64,000 nt of DNA, from positions 124,001 to 188,000 of the IMG/VR virus record IMGVR_UViG_3300030108_006260, one strand, 5' to 3'. Every line of letters starts with the position of its first letter. The first letter of the stretch is position 1. Positions 9,877-19,619 of the stretch are shown here, one piece after another. The translations under genes and the position numbers were made by a program. The notes beneath the pieces are model-generated. The model was not told the DNA's origin and made no database searches. It saw only the letters and a program-made list of their open reading frames with translations.

Positions 9877-10358
9877 TGATCTTCTGTAAGTGAGGAGTCA
9901 GGGGAAGGAAGGGGCGTACCTTCAGGTACCTCGGTAATTGGAAGAGAATCCAAAGTAACTATAACGCAGTATGCCTTGTTTTCCTCTGACATTATTCGCT
10001 TGTGGGTAAGTGGAAGTATCCAGTTAATACCCTGCTTTCTGGGGTATATTAGTAGCCTACCATTAACGAGCTTAACGTCATACCATCCAGGAATTAGATG
10101 AGTCAAACTATTATCGTCTACTTTCTGTAAGGGCTCTACAATAAAGCACCCCTTATTCTGCCCGCTCTTTATCTCCTTGACAATGGTGCACCTCCAAAGT
10201 TCACCGTGCTTGGGTACCGCGTCAGGTCCGTGTTTCTGCCTAAAGTGCCTACTGACTACAGCAATCTTTAGAAGAGTCCTGCTTATTACTTCGTTACCAT
10301 CAGGAGATCCGGAGGGTTTATGACTTGTGTTTTCGAAAAATTTTAATATAGCTTCCAT
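9873..10358 (-). CDS. Hypothetical protein (161 aa)
   Basis: ORF preceded by an SD-like sequence and coupled to the downstream gene. Confidence 0.7.
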   Translation of the reverse strand: MEAILKFFENTSHKPSGSPDGNEVISRTLLKIAVVSRHFRQKHGPDAVPKHGELWRCTIVKEIKSGQNKGCFIVEPLQKVDDNSLTHLIPGWYDVKLVNGRLLIYPRKQGINWILPLTHKRIMSEENKAYCVIVTLDSLPITEVPEGTPLPSPDSSLTEDQ

Positions 10359-10370
10359 GAGACATTACCT

Positions 10371-11273
10371 TTAGGGCAAAGGATCGTAAGTTATAGTGAT
10401 AGACTGTACGTCAATAGAGTCTAGTTGCGGTGTTCTGAACTCTAAAGTAAGGAGGTAGGGATCACCTTCCGTAAATACGCCAGAAGCGTAATCTATTGAT
10501 ACTGTGTAATCTAAGAATGTAGCGGAAGGACCTAGTATGTTAGAAGATAGGGATACTGGGTTACCTGCTGTATCTGTTAGGTACACACGGAGTTCTGAGT
10601 TAGGGTCTATCTGTGCACGTACAGATAAGGAAAATGGACGGAACTTAGAGGAGAGTAACGGAATCCTAACAGAGGACGTCTCAAAACCAGGAGGTACAGG
10701 ACCTAATCCGTCTGTTTCTACTCTAGTAACTACTGATAAGGGTGGAGTGTAACTTGAAGATACAGAAGTATTTGCTCCAACAACATCAAAGTACCCTTGT
10801 AGGGGGGACGGTAAAAAGGTAGGACTAAGTACCGATAAGTCCTCTGCTTCATTCTTTAGAACCCTAGACTCAAAGATAAAACTAGAGTCTAAAGCAACCG
10901 CTGATCCTGGGTGTCGTATGTAGGCTAGTACAAGACCGTCAGGAACATCAGCTGGAAGAATCTCACCTAGTTCTAACGCATAAAGAGCAGGCGACCCTCC
11001 GATGGTATCAGAATCAGTATGCCTTACTGTAAGGGTATATGTTGTAGGGGCAGCGGGAGCAATTGATAGTACAAGTTCTCGTGACGTAGATTCTCCTACT
11101 AATATGCCGTTAGGAAGAAGGGCGAATCCGGGAGAAAGTGCCACTTTATCGGTGTCTACGACTGTGATCCTGTATCCTGTGTACACACCAGGAGAGTGAA
11201 GTGCAATCTGTGAGGTGGATACTTTTTCAGAAGTAAATGTGTCCCCATAGTTCCATAAACGAATCTGCGTCAT
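10371..11273 (-). CDS. Putative virion structural protein (300 aa)
   Basis: Beta-rich S/T/P/G composition. The N-terminal GVYTGYRIT segment resembles the N-termini of 11270-12769 and 37251-42332. Confidence 0.55.
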   Translation of the reverse strand: MTQIRLWNYGDTFTSEKVSTSQIALHSPGVYTGYRITVVDTDKVALSPGFALLPNGILVGESTSRELVLSIAPAAPTTYTLTVRHTDSDTIGGSPALYALELGEILPADVPDGLVLAYIRHPGSAVALDSSFIFESRVLKNEAEDLSVLSPTFLPSPLQGYFDVVGANTSVSSSYTPPLSVVTRVETDGLGPVPPGFETSSVRIPLLSSKFRPFSLSVRAQIDPNSELRVYLTDTAGNPVSLSSNILGPSATFLDYTVSIDYASGVFTEGDPYLLTLEFRTPQLDSIDVQSITITYDPLP

Positions 11274-12769
11274 GATATTTCCTCAAAGTACCCAGTTACC
11301 CAAGCACGCCACCCGCCTATGTCAGCAGGAAGACCTATAGCCTCTACCGATATCTGGGTAGACCCATCGTCAGGAAGAGGAATGTCTACGCTAGGACATA
11401 CAACAGCACCGGGATCTATGGACACTCTGTAGTACGTAAAAGGATCTACTCCTGACCTAAGACGGAAAGAGAGTCCGGAAGTGGCAGCAGAAGTAACCTC
11501 AAATTGGAGGTTCAACCTTACAGCCCTTACATGAGGAGGCACGGAGTGCATACCATCCCCATCTGGGTTGATGGTAGCAGTCTGGGTAGTACCACCTAGT
11601 ATAAGATTTCCCCCAGAGGAGTGTACCTTGTTCTGTGTAGTGGCTCCTGCGAAAGAACTTAAACTTTCTCCTGAAATGATAACCATATTACCTTGCTTAC
11701 GAAAAGGAATAGGCTTCAATGTAGGACCATCCTGGTAAAATTTTACCGCGCCCAGGTAATGAGAAGGGAACCCCGAAACCGGAGTAGTAAAAGGAGGAGG
11801 CAAGTTAACTGGCCCGGATGGAATGCCCGGATCTAGGCTTAGCCCAGAAGAGGGAGGTACGTCCGTTAAGAACACAGAGCAGTACCCCGCTTTACTGCTT
11901 GGCCTATATGCGTACGCATAGTACCATAGTCCAGGAGTAATAGTAAGTCCTGAGCTGATAGCAAACGAGGAGTTAGGGTTTAGTCTGATCTTATCCGATG
12001 TACTAGAAGTAAATACATGGGTAAGAATAGACTCATAGTTACCCGTAGTGACCTTTTGACGGTCAATAACAACTTCCTCATCGAAGCTAGCAAACCCGGA
12101 ACAATAGTTTCTTCCTGAGCTGGGAATTTCTTGATGCCTGATCCTGCTGAACTTCTTTCGTAGATCCAGGACCTGTAGCGTATTAGCTGTAAGTGCAGAA
12201 GGACTTACCTCTATTGCTGCAAGGGGAATCCACTCATTAGACAGGTCTAAGTCAGGTATTCTTGCGAGGGACCTAGATGCGTTGGGGGGACCCGAACGTA
12301 CCCGGAAGGATAACTGATTCTCCTCTAGTTTAGGTACGAGCGTAGGAACCGGAGCAGAGGAACCTCCTCCTACTACTCCTCTTAGAGAAGAAGAAACAGT
12401 CTTGGTAGCAGATACTTCTACCAGGTCCCACCTGTATTCAGCTACAGAAGCTACTGGAAGAGAAAGTACGTAATCAGATTCCAGAGAAGCCATCTGAGTT
12501 GTACCGTTGACTAATGGATCAACAGTAGGAAAACTAAAAAACCCCGACCCAGGACGTACTGTGTAACTTAGATTTGTAGTAGAAGGAACAAGGTCGAAAC
12601 CTGCCAAAATAGATCCAGGAACAACAGGTGACCCAGAAGAAGAGGTAAAGGTACCGCTTTGAATGGCCTCAACTATACGATATAGTGTCTGCGAGTTCCA
12701 CTCGTCGTTACTCTGTACGTCCTCATTAGTAGCGACCTCATTGTCATTAAGTATGTATTTCTTGGTCAT
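11270..12769 (-). CDS. Putative virion structural/fibre-like protein (499 aa)
   Basis: GSILAGFDL...TVRPGSG and RWDLVEV motifs typical of phage wedge/fibre N-termini; located in a structural cluster. Confidence 0.55.
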   Translation of the reverse strand: MTKKYILNDNEVATNEDVQSNDEWNSQTLYRIVEAIQSGTFTSSSGSPVVPGSILAGFDLVPSTTNLSYTVRPGSGFFSFPTVDPLVNGTTQMASLESDYVLSLPVASVAEYRWDLVEVSATKTVSSSLRGVVGGGSSAPVPTLVPKLEENQLSFRVRSGPPNASRSLARIPDLDLSNEWIPLAAIEVSPSALTANTLQVLDLRKKFSRIRHQEIPSSGRNYCSGFASFDEEVVIDRQKVTTGNYESILTHVFTSSTSDKIRLNPNSSFAISSGLTITPGLWYYAYAYRPSSKAGYCSVFLTDVPPSSGLSLDPGIPSGPVNLPPPFTTPVSGFPSHYLGAVKFYQDGPTLKPIPFRKQGNMVIISGESLSSFAGATTQNKVHSSGGNLILGGTTQTATINPDGDGMHSVPPHVRAVRLNLQFEVTSAATSGLSFRLRSGVDPFTYYRVSIDPGAVVCPSVDIPLPDDGSTQISVEAIGLPADIGGWRAWVTGYFEEIS

Positions 12770-12777
12770 AAACTAGC

Positions 12778-15006
12778 TCAGGTATAGGTTCCACGGTCCC
12801 AGACACCTACGTCAAATACGAAAGAAGCAGGTATGCCAGGCCCATCAGTAACATAGGTAGTAATAAGACCCTTAGATTCACCTTGTACTATGACCTGCCA
12901 TTTAACAACAGGAGATGCAGCCACAGACAAATCGATAGTGTATTGAGGGGAAACAAACCCAGACAAGGGTGTCCAGTCAGACCACACGCCTGTTCCATCA
13001 AAAAAACGGGCCCACATGGTAAAGTCTCTATCAGGCTCGATAGGAACGAAACGTATTGCTACAGGAGTGCTCGTATGAGGGCGAACTGCAATAGGTCTAC
13101 CTACATATCTGTCTCTTCTGTGAAGACCCTCCTCTTCTTTTCTCATGCTGGTGGACAATGAAGGCAAGAAAGAAGTAGAAGTGTCAGTGAACTCTGTGCA
13201 TAAGAACTTGGGCTTATCGAAGTCCTCTACCCAGAAGTTAAACATATACCCCGGCCAAAAAGAAATAGTAGTTTCGGATAGAGGTATACCAGCAGCAGAG
13301 TGTTTAGTGACTTTTGGCAGATGCATTGTCGTATTAATAGGACGTATATCTTCCAGGAAGCATACTTGAAGACCGTCCCACAGGGTCTCTGCTACAGGCA
13401 AAATATCAGATAGTTCTTCTGTGTCACGAGGATTAACATCGGCAAAGAATGTGAGTGATGCGTCAGGTCCAGAGTCTACGTTAGAAGTGACTATAAAGTT
13501 AGTGATAGTGGAGAAGTAGTTGGAAGTAAAAACAAATTGAGATTCCAACTCAGAGCAGGATCCAACAGGATTTCCAGCCCAAGACGAATCAAAAGAAACG
13601 GTTTCCGTTAGAATACTCCCGTCAGAAGATGTTCCTGTAATCTGAACAGAAACGTCTAGGGTTGGACCTGCTACTGCGTTGGTTAGAGCTACCTTTAGCC
13701 GTCCTCGTCCAACCATAGGGTTATCAAACTCTTGCAGAGTAAATCCAAGGTCAGTAACCTTCTTATAGCAAGACAAGGTCTGTGGATACCTCTGAAAATA
13801 GCCTTCACCATCTAGGTACACAGTATACCTCTGGGGTGTGGGACCAGCGTCCTCGAAGGAGTGTACGGTATCTACAACGTTGTCTACTATAAGACCATCA
13901 GATATTATAACCTCCCTGTCTCCCTTGGACTTAAACTCAAGAGAAGTAAGAGGGAGTTCGGTTGGAGGCTCGCAAGAATCAGTTGTTGTGTAGTATACGA
14001 ATATGTTTCTACCTGGAATATATTCGTCACGAGGAAGAAGGAACACTATGTTACTTCTAGGTATCCTCATGGGAGCGTAGTCTTTTATCTTCTGGGGGTC
14101 AGTTGCTCTAAGTATTTGGGTCGGAAAGTTATCGGTCCTAAACCAATAAGCACCCGCAACACCAGTAACAGATCCAGCTATATCCACTTGTATGGCGCCG
14201 GCCAATATCTCTTCTTCACACAGATTACCTGGTAGCTTGGCCAATGTCTCGTCTTTGGAGACGATCATTCCATGATCTAAGTGTAACTGAAATAACGTAA
14301 AGCTATCTGTGGCCGATATATCATTTAAAGATAGAGCGTGAGGGTTATTCTCGGAGAATAAACCTGTGCCCTTGAATGACCTGTGCTCTAAGTCTACTAC
14401 AGAAAACCACGGTCTGTTGACATCAAGGGAGGAGTTTCCCATGTCCACAACCAACTCGGTTGTAGTACCTAAACCCGCCACTACCTCTTGTACTGTTATC
14501 TGGGCTAGTGGTATTGTTCTTTCAAGGTCAGTAGGAGATAATGTGTCGTATTCCGCACGAGTGGTTATCCGAACGTAAGAAGAACTACTTCCTAAGAAGT
14601 CTACCCGTGAATGAGACAAAGTGTCATATCTTGTAAGTACAGGGTCTACTTCACTCTCATCAAAGTACAAGTAAACTACGCTTTTCGTACCTACACCGCC
14701 CGGAACAGGAAGTCTGAATGCTCCTTCTGAAATTGGAAGAACTTCTCCACTACTGAATACTGCGGTTCCTGGTAGGACATCTACAGTAGCGGGATCTGCG
14801 GCGTTGACACGGACAACAAATGGTCGAGTGTCCCCTTCTAAGGAGGTTCTAGGATCTACACTGTCAACTATTCCAAACCTATTTAGATTAGGATCTATAC
14901 TGGAGAATAGCAGACGAGTACGTTTAAGGATCTCATCTATATAGACGTCACGCTCATACTTAAGTAAGTCTAGAGTGGACGGAGCTGGTAGGAGTATACG
15001 ACGCAT
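12778..15006 (-). CDS. Putative virion structural protein (742 aa)
   Basis: Long beta-rich ORF within the structural cluster. Confidence 0.55.
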   Translation of the reverse strand: MRRILLPAPSTLDLLKYERDVYIDEILKRTRLLFSSIDPNLNRFGIVDSVDPRTSLEGDTRPFVVRVNAADPATVDVLPGTAVFSSGEVLPISEGAFRLPVPGGVGTKSVVYLYFDESEVDPVLTRYDTLSHSRVDFLGSSSSYVRITTRAEYDTLSPTDLERTIPLAQITVQEVVAGLGTTTELVVDMGNSSLDVNRPWFSVVDLEHRSFKGTGLFSENNPHALSLNDISATDSFTLFQLHLDHGMIVSKDETLAKLPGNLCEEEILAGAIQVDIAGSVTGVAGAYWFRTDNFPTQILRATDPQKIKDYAPMRIPRSNIVFLLPRDEYIPGRNIFVYYTTTDSCEPPTELPLTSLEFKSKGDREVIISDGLIVDNVVDTVHSFEDAGPTPQRYTVYLDGEGYFQRYPQTLSCYKKVTDLGFTLQEFDNPMVGRGRLKVALTNAVAGPTLDVSVQITGTSSDGSILTETVSFDSSWAGNPVGSCSELESQFVFTSNYFSTITNFIVTSNVDSGPDASLTFFADVNPRDTEELSDILPVAETLWDGLQVCFLEDIRPINTTMHLPKVTKHSAAGIPLSETTISFWPGYMFNFWVEDFDKPKFLCTEFTDTSTSFLPSLSTSMRKEEEGLHRRDRYVGRPIAVRPHTSTPVAIRFVPIEPDRDFTMWARFFDGTGVWSDWTPLSGFVSPQYTIDLSVAASPVVKWQVIVQGESKGLITTYVTDGPGIPASFVFDVGVWDRGTYT

Positions 15007-15013
15007 AAAGGTA

Positions 15014-17166
15014 TCAGGTAGATAGTAATCCGCTATTAAACTTGGAATAAATGTCTGTTTGTACTACAAGATAAGCTAATCTAAGCCAGTTTGGCTTGGC
15101 GAAAGCAGAACTACTTGCCCAAACGTTCTTTCCAGTTACCCTAGCGATTGTAGCATGGGAAACAAATGAAACAGATTCAACACCCCTTGTCTCCCAACTT
15201 CCCATGTCTATTCTTACGTTAGGAACAGACGGTCCACCTAGAGGAGTAGTAGGAAAATCTAAATCAGGGTTTGCTGTTCCTCCGAGTACGTGCAAGTCGG
15301 AAGAGTCTCCTCTGTTATTGGAACGAAGTACTACTTCTCCTGAGGAAAGGGCAGTAGCATACAAACCACTAGTATAGGAGTTTATTGCTCCAGCTACTTC
15401 AGATGCGGTTGCGTTTGAAATATCTGCGAAGTCCAAAGGATTAAACGTTATGGTTTGGGTAGGACCTCCATCAACAGAAACCTCAAGAGTTGTTCCAGGT
15501 CCTAGGGTAAACGGAGCAGACCTTCCCGATCTAAGTACTGCCTCAGATTGGAATAAAAGATGTATGTACTCAATGTCCTTGCTTCCTTCAGGGAAGTCAA
15601 TATTTACGGAGGTAGTAACACCTGCTGGTAGAAACAGGCCCCCACGAGGGCTGGGAGGGGGAGGGAGGGAACCGGGTGCCCTCAGAGTAAAGGGAGGACG
15701 TAGATCATTAGGCTCAAGAGACACCACCATATACACGTCTTCTTGTGGAGTTACTTGAACCCTCCATCCCTCAAACCCGTCTTCTTTATGAATAATTTCA
15801 GGTACACACTTATAGTGCATGTGAAAAAACCCACGATCGTCCGTGGTAGCAACAAAAGTCTGGTTACTTCTGCTAAAGTTAGGTCTTCCTTGGGATCTAT
15901 CCCAGAACAAAAAAGAGTCGGAAGGAATGGCTGTGTTGTAGATCAAGAAGTTCTTTCCATCACGAAGAACGTCTTCTCTTATAAGAGAGCCAGAGGCCGA
16001 GTGTGTTCTTATGATATCTATTTCTTCTACATCTAGGTCCTCATAAAAAGATCCAGATATTCGATCGAATAAAAAGGGACCTATACCGCTAGTGGTAAGG
16101 GGTATCTTAGGTAAAGGTCGCTGAGTGGACTCATAGGCAGGATAGGCTCGTAGGTATACTTGGTCGTCCCTCCCATCTTCCAGTACCTCAGGTATTCCTA
16201 TGTTTATAGTAATCTGGTATGTAACTCTTCCGTCAGGAAGAGACCCTACGGACAAACTCTCCTTTACCTCGTATTCAAAGAACTTGAATAATATGGAGTC
16301 TCCACGATAAATGGGTTGATCGCTGTGAACTACAAACGTAGTAACGTTGTTCAGTTGTCTCCATGTCAAAGGAGACCCTACAGTAGGAGGAACGGAAAAG
16401 GGGTCGGATATAGTCGAAGACGCCTCAAAAGAGGTACAGAGCCATCCCGTTCCTGCATAAACAGTCCCGCTTATGACAAAAACCTGAGACCTAAATGAGG
16501 TGGAACCTCCCGAGAAGTTAGAGGGACGTGACCAGCTAAAAGGTGAAACAGCCCACAATCCGTTCTCAGTAGGATCCGTCTGTCCGGTGCAAAGNNNNNN
16601 NNNNGAATTACGTCACCCGCCGAGGTGGCTACGCCATCTATGGTAGGCTCCCCAGACAACACCTGATTCGTATCAGCGTGCGCCACGGCGGATCCACGTG
16701 GAACGAGGTCCCGAACAAAGTCGTCAGGCAAAGGAGTTACAGGAGTAGACGCAGGTGAGTATGTTCCGTTAGTTTCTAGAGGATGACCATATAGGTCAAC
16801 AGTAGTACCAGAAGGGTAGGAAGTAATTAGGGGATCCTTAGTAATAACAACACGACCTCCTTCAAGAATGTCATCTACAATTACAAAAGAACCCGGATTT
16901 ATACGGAGACGAGAACCGAGTGTTATCCAAGGATTTGGCTCCTCGAATTCCAGCCTATTTTTAGTGGCACTAGCACGGGAGGACAGTACCATCTGGTTTT
17001 CAGGAAGCCAGATAGGAAGAGGGCTTCCTATCTTACGAGCAAACCGCATTCTACCAGACAAAAAAGTATCTAAAGGTAGTGCAACACCTCGTGCCTTAAC
17101 AAAGGCAGAGTTGTAACTAGGAAGTTTGGCGTTAGCTAACTCGAATATTTTTCTAAGACGGCCCAC
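15014..17166 (-). CDS. Single virion structural protein (~715 aa) split into two ORFs by the assembly gap
   Basis: Left of the Ns reads VLSGEPTIDGVATSAGDVI and right of them LCTGQTDPTENGLWAVSPFSWSR. Together these form the common phage fibre motif TLSG.QTIDGV...GDRVL...QT...ENG.Y...W.R. Removing the 10 Ns and one duplicated C restores the frame. Confidence 0.75.
16595..16604. other. Scaffold gap (10 N), true length about zero
   Basis: Run of N; the protein motif continues directly across it. Confidence 0.85.
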
Positions 17167-17169
17167 GGT

Positions 17170-17928
17170 TCAACAACAATCTTCTTCATCAAGCAGGTAA
17201 GCTATAGACCTCAGGCGCTGGGAAAGTGATCGGGAAAAGTGAGATGCTTCTCTCGGGTAACCATCGTTATCGTCTTCTTCAGTGTCACTGTCCTCCTGAG
17301 CTTCCTGATCTTCTGTATTAGCTTCTGGTTCCTCCACCTCGGGAATCTGAGGAATAGGAGAAACAGCAGGTTCTTCTAGAGAAGTATCTTCCACAGGAGA
17401 CTGTGACCAATTAGAAATGGAGTGATGAAGTGCTGCATATATGTGCTTACACCCCATACCTATTCCTGATGGGTTTGTAACCCGTGCAGGGTCTCCTGTG
17501 GAGTATATTATATCAGAAGATCCATACCTACTTAGAGCCCATTCACACACATATCTGAAATACTTACAAGAACATGACACCCATACTGGAGTGTCCGGAG
17601 AGGGCCTTCCAGGAGACACTTCGTTTTGCCTAAGACCTGGAAGAGGAACACCTGCCCATGCAAGGACAACCTTTTTAGGAGCGCCTATTAGTGGCTTTGA
17701 GTTGTCCTCATACATACGAACGCATTGTGCGGTGTATCCCTGTATGAATACAGGTCCCAACTTAGATAGGCGGGAGAACTTAGGAGGTGCGTTCCTGTCG
17801 GCTCCCTCATTTATTGGTTTAATGGTACATCCTGAACTGTACCCTACAATTTTTGGAATTGTGTTGGATAATATCTGACCAGAAGTTAGGGGTCTCAGTC
17901 CCCCAAACGGTGCTCCAAAGACATACAT
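17170..17928 (-). CDS. SWIM-type zinc-finger protein with acidic C-terminus
   Basis: WVSCSCKYFRY...GMGCKHIYAAL matches CxC-xn-CxH. Confidence 0.75.
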   Translation of the reverse strand: MYVFGAPFGGLRPLTSGQILSNTIPKIVGYSSGCTIKPINEGADRNAPPKFSRLSKLGPVFIQGYTAQCVRMYEDNSKPLIGAPKKVVLAWAGVPLPGLRQNEVSPGRPSPDTPVWVSCSCKYFRYVCEWALSRYGSSDIIYSTGDPARVTNPSGIGMGCKHIYAALHHSISNWSQSPVEDTSLEEPAVSPIPQIPEVEEPEANTEDQEAQEDSDTEEDDNDGYPREASHFSRSLSQRLRSIAYLLDEEDCC

Positions 17929-17967
17929 ACCGAACCTAAATAATGAAGAGCCTAAACAGGTCCATCT

Positions 17968-18285
17968 TCAAGTAATTTCGGATTCGATCCGAAGTAGTAA
18001 AATATCCATTAAATAAGAAAAAGACGCACCACAGAAAGAGTACACCAATAAAGCAGGTAACAACCGCTCTACAGGAGGAGTAAGTCCACTAAAATAAAGT
18101 AAAAAGAAAGAAATCCAACCAGAGTGGAAACCTGTACAGAAAGAACAAGAGAGCATTTTCTCCATGAAGGAGGATCTAGATGTGACCCACTCTCGAAAAG
18201 GAGTAAGTAGACTCGCGTCCTTTATAGCAAAGGTTATTCCATACATAGAAAACAGTGTAAGGGCTGACACAACCATGAACGTCAT
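17968..18285 (-). CDS. DUF1360-like membrane protein
   Basis: Hydrophobic helices with FREW...MLSCSFCTGFHSGW (CxxC followed by a TM segment). Confidence 0.6.
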   Translation of the reverse strand: MTFMVVSALTLFSMYGITFAIKDASLLTPFREWVTSRSSFMEKMLSCSFCTGFHSGWISFFLLYFSGLTPPVERLLPALLVYSFCGASFSYLMDILLLRIESEIT

Positions 18286-18734
18286 CCCTTGCTTGTTTTC
18301 TTCTTAGTAGCCTTCTTAGTAGCCTTCTTAGTAGCCTTCTTAGTAGCCTTCTTAGTAGCCTTCTTAGTAGCCTTCTTAGTAGAGGAAGTAGATTTAGATT
18401 GTATAAAAACTCCGCCAACCACGTCTAAACTCCATTGGCCGTCTGTCGGATCAATCTCGTAGAAATTCATAAGGTCTTTAGAATAAGACTGTAGTCCTGC
18501 GCTTTTCTCGTGAAGATGAACCTCTATACGTTCAAGTTCTGACTCTAACTCATTTCTGGTATCAGAGTACTTACTCACTAGTTCTTCTAGTTTACGCTCT
18601 AGCCCCCTTTTTTGCAGGGATAGGTGGGTATACCTGTTCTTCTCTTCTGTAATAGAAGAGACATGCTGAGATAAAACGTTTCTTTCCTCTTCTGTGAGAA
18701 GAATTCGCTTCACTTCTGTGATGCTATCTGTCAT
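18282..18734 (-). CDS. Coiled-coil protein with histone-H1-like (KKAT)n tail
   Basis: Heptad-rich N-terminus; C-terminus TKKATKKATKKATKKATKKATKKATKKKTSKG. Confidence 0.8.
   Translation of the reverse strand: MTDSITEVKRILLTEEERNVLSQHVSSITEEKNRYTHLSLQKRGLERKLEELVSKYSDTRNELESELERIEVHLHEKSAGLQSYSKDLMNFYEIDPTDGQWSLDVVGGVFIQSKSTSSTKKATKKATKKATKKATKKATKKATKKKTSKG
18301..18382. repeat. Perfect 12-bp tandem repeat (TTCTTAGTAGCC x6 plus a partial copy)
   Basis: Read directly; encodes the KKAT units. Confidence 0.95.
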
Positions 18735-18772
18735 TTATGTACTCCTGAACATAATTTTAGAGTTATTATCTG

Positions 18773-18787
18773 TTTTACAGGATAGCT
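18773..18787 (-). promoter_or_regulatory. Candidate phage late-promoter motif AGCTATC-N3-TAAAA
   Basis: The same motif occurs at 55905-55919, and both copies precede the first gene of a structural block. CTAAAATTAT is also present near both. Confidence 0.4.
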
Positions 18788-18810
18788 AATACAACTTTAC
18801 CCTTAAACAA

Positions 18811-19249
18811 TCACTCTTCCATAGTAAGGATAGCACTGGCACTAACCATAGCTTCCACCCTTCGGATACGTGAGTTTAGGTCAGCCCTGATAGCTAGAGT
18901 GATGAGATCCCCGCTATTGATTGAAGAGTCTTCAATCAATAGGTACCCTCCACCTGGGGCTTCTTCTGAGAGGGAAAGGGACAAGGAGGCGACCTTCCTA
19001 AAGTCTCCCCCGATACGTTAGAAGAGGACCATCTACGTTTCCCTGTATCACATTTTCAGTGTGGCTGTCCCCGTCCATAGTCACACCGGGTCCAAGTATA
19101 ATTCGATGTCCGACTGGAAGTCGTATCTCAGAGCCAACTTTCCAGTGGCCGTGAGGCACGTAGATGACACCTGAGGATGAAGCGGCGCCCAATTGCTCAG
19201 GCCGTGTGATAGGTGCATGACCTCTATATTCACTATATTTAGGCATCAA
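18811..19249 (-). pseudogene. Truncated, frameshifted beta-helix (tailspike/pectate-lyase-like) gene
   Basis: GVIYVPHGHWKVGSEIRLPVGHRIILGPG...NVIQGNVDGPLLT stops at 18998. The +1 frame from about 19015 continues IGGDFRKVASLSLSL...YLLIEDSSINSG...ILTMEE* to 18811. Confidence 0.5.
18914..18942. repeat. Perfect 29-bp inverted repeat (14-bp arms, 1-nt centre)
   Basis: CTATTGATTGAAGA-G-TCTTCAATCAATAG. Confidence 0.9.
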
Positions 19250-19619
19250 TCTTCTTTTTCTATGAATGTTCCGTCATGGGAAACAAGCGGTTGGTAGTCG
19301 TCATCCAGCACATACTCAGGCGAGTGCAGGGGGTACATGGGGGGGTTGGATCGCTGGGGCTCTTTGGCCTGTTCATCGCCTCGGTCGTCACATCGATCAG
19401 GTTCTCGATGGCCTCCACAGCCGTAGCTCCTGCGGCACTCCAGTGGTAGCACATGGCATAGTAGTCGGAGCTGACGATCATGTAGATGCGTTCGGTGGGG
19501 AAGCGAATCCCCGTACGCTGCAAGACCAACGCTACGAGGTCCTGCGCCACCTCTTCAGCAACAGCGAGGTCAACTGCGGAAGCAGTGTACCCTTCTTTGA
19601 TCTGGAGATCGAACGGCAT
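19246..19619 (-). CDS. Small adhesin-associated protein with a probable -1 frameshift at a C7 run
   Basis: The start ATG overlaps the stop of the LamG gene (TGATG). Frame 0 ends at 19260. The -1 frame after CCCCCCC (19339-19345) reads MYPLHSPEYVLDDDYQPLVSHDGTFIEKED* and its stop overlaps the next ATG. Confidence 0.6.

Noticed and set aside
18301-18382. CRISPR array
   Set aside because: These are contiguous 12-bp units without spacers, in frame within a CDS.
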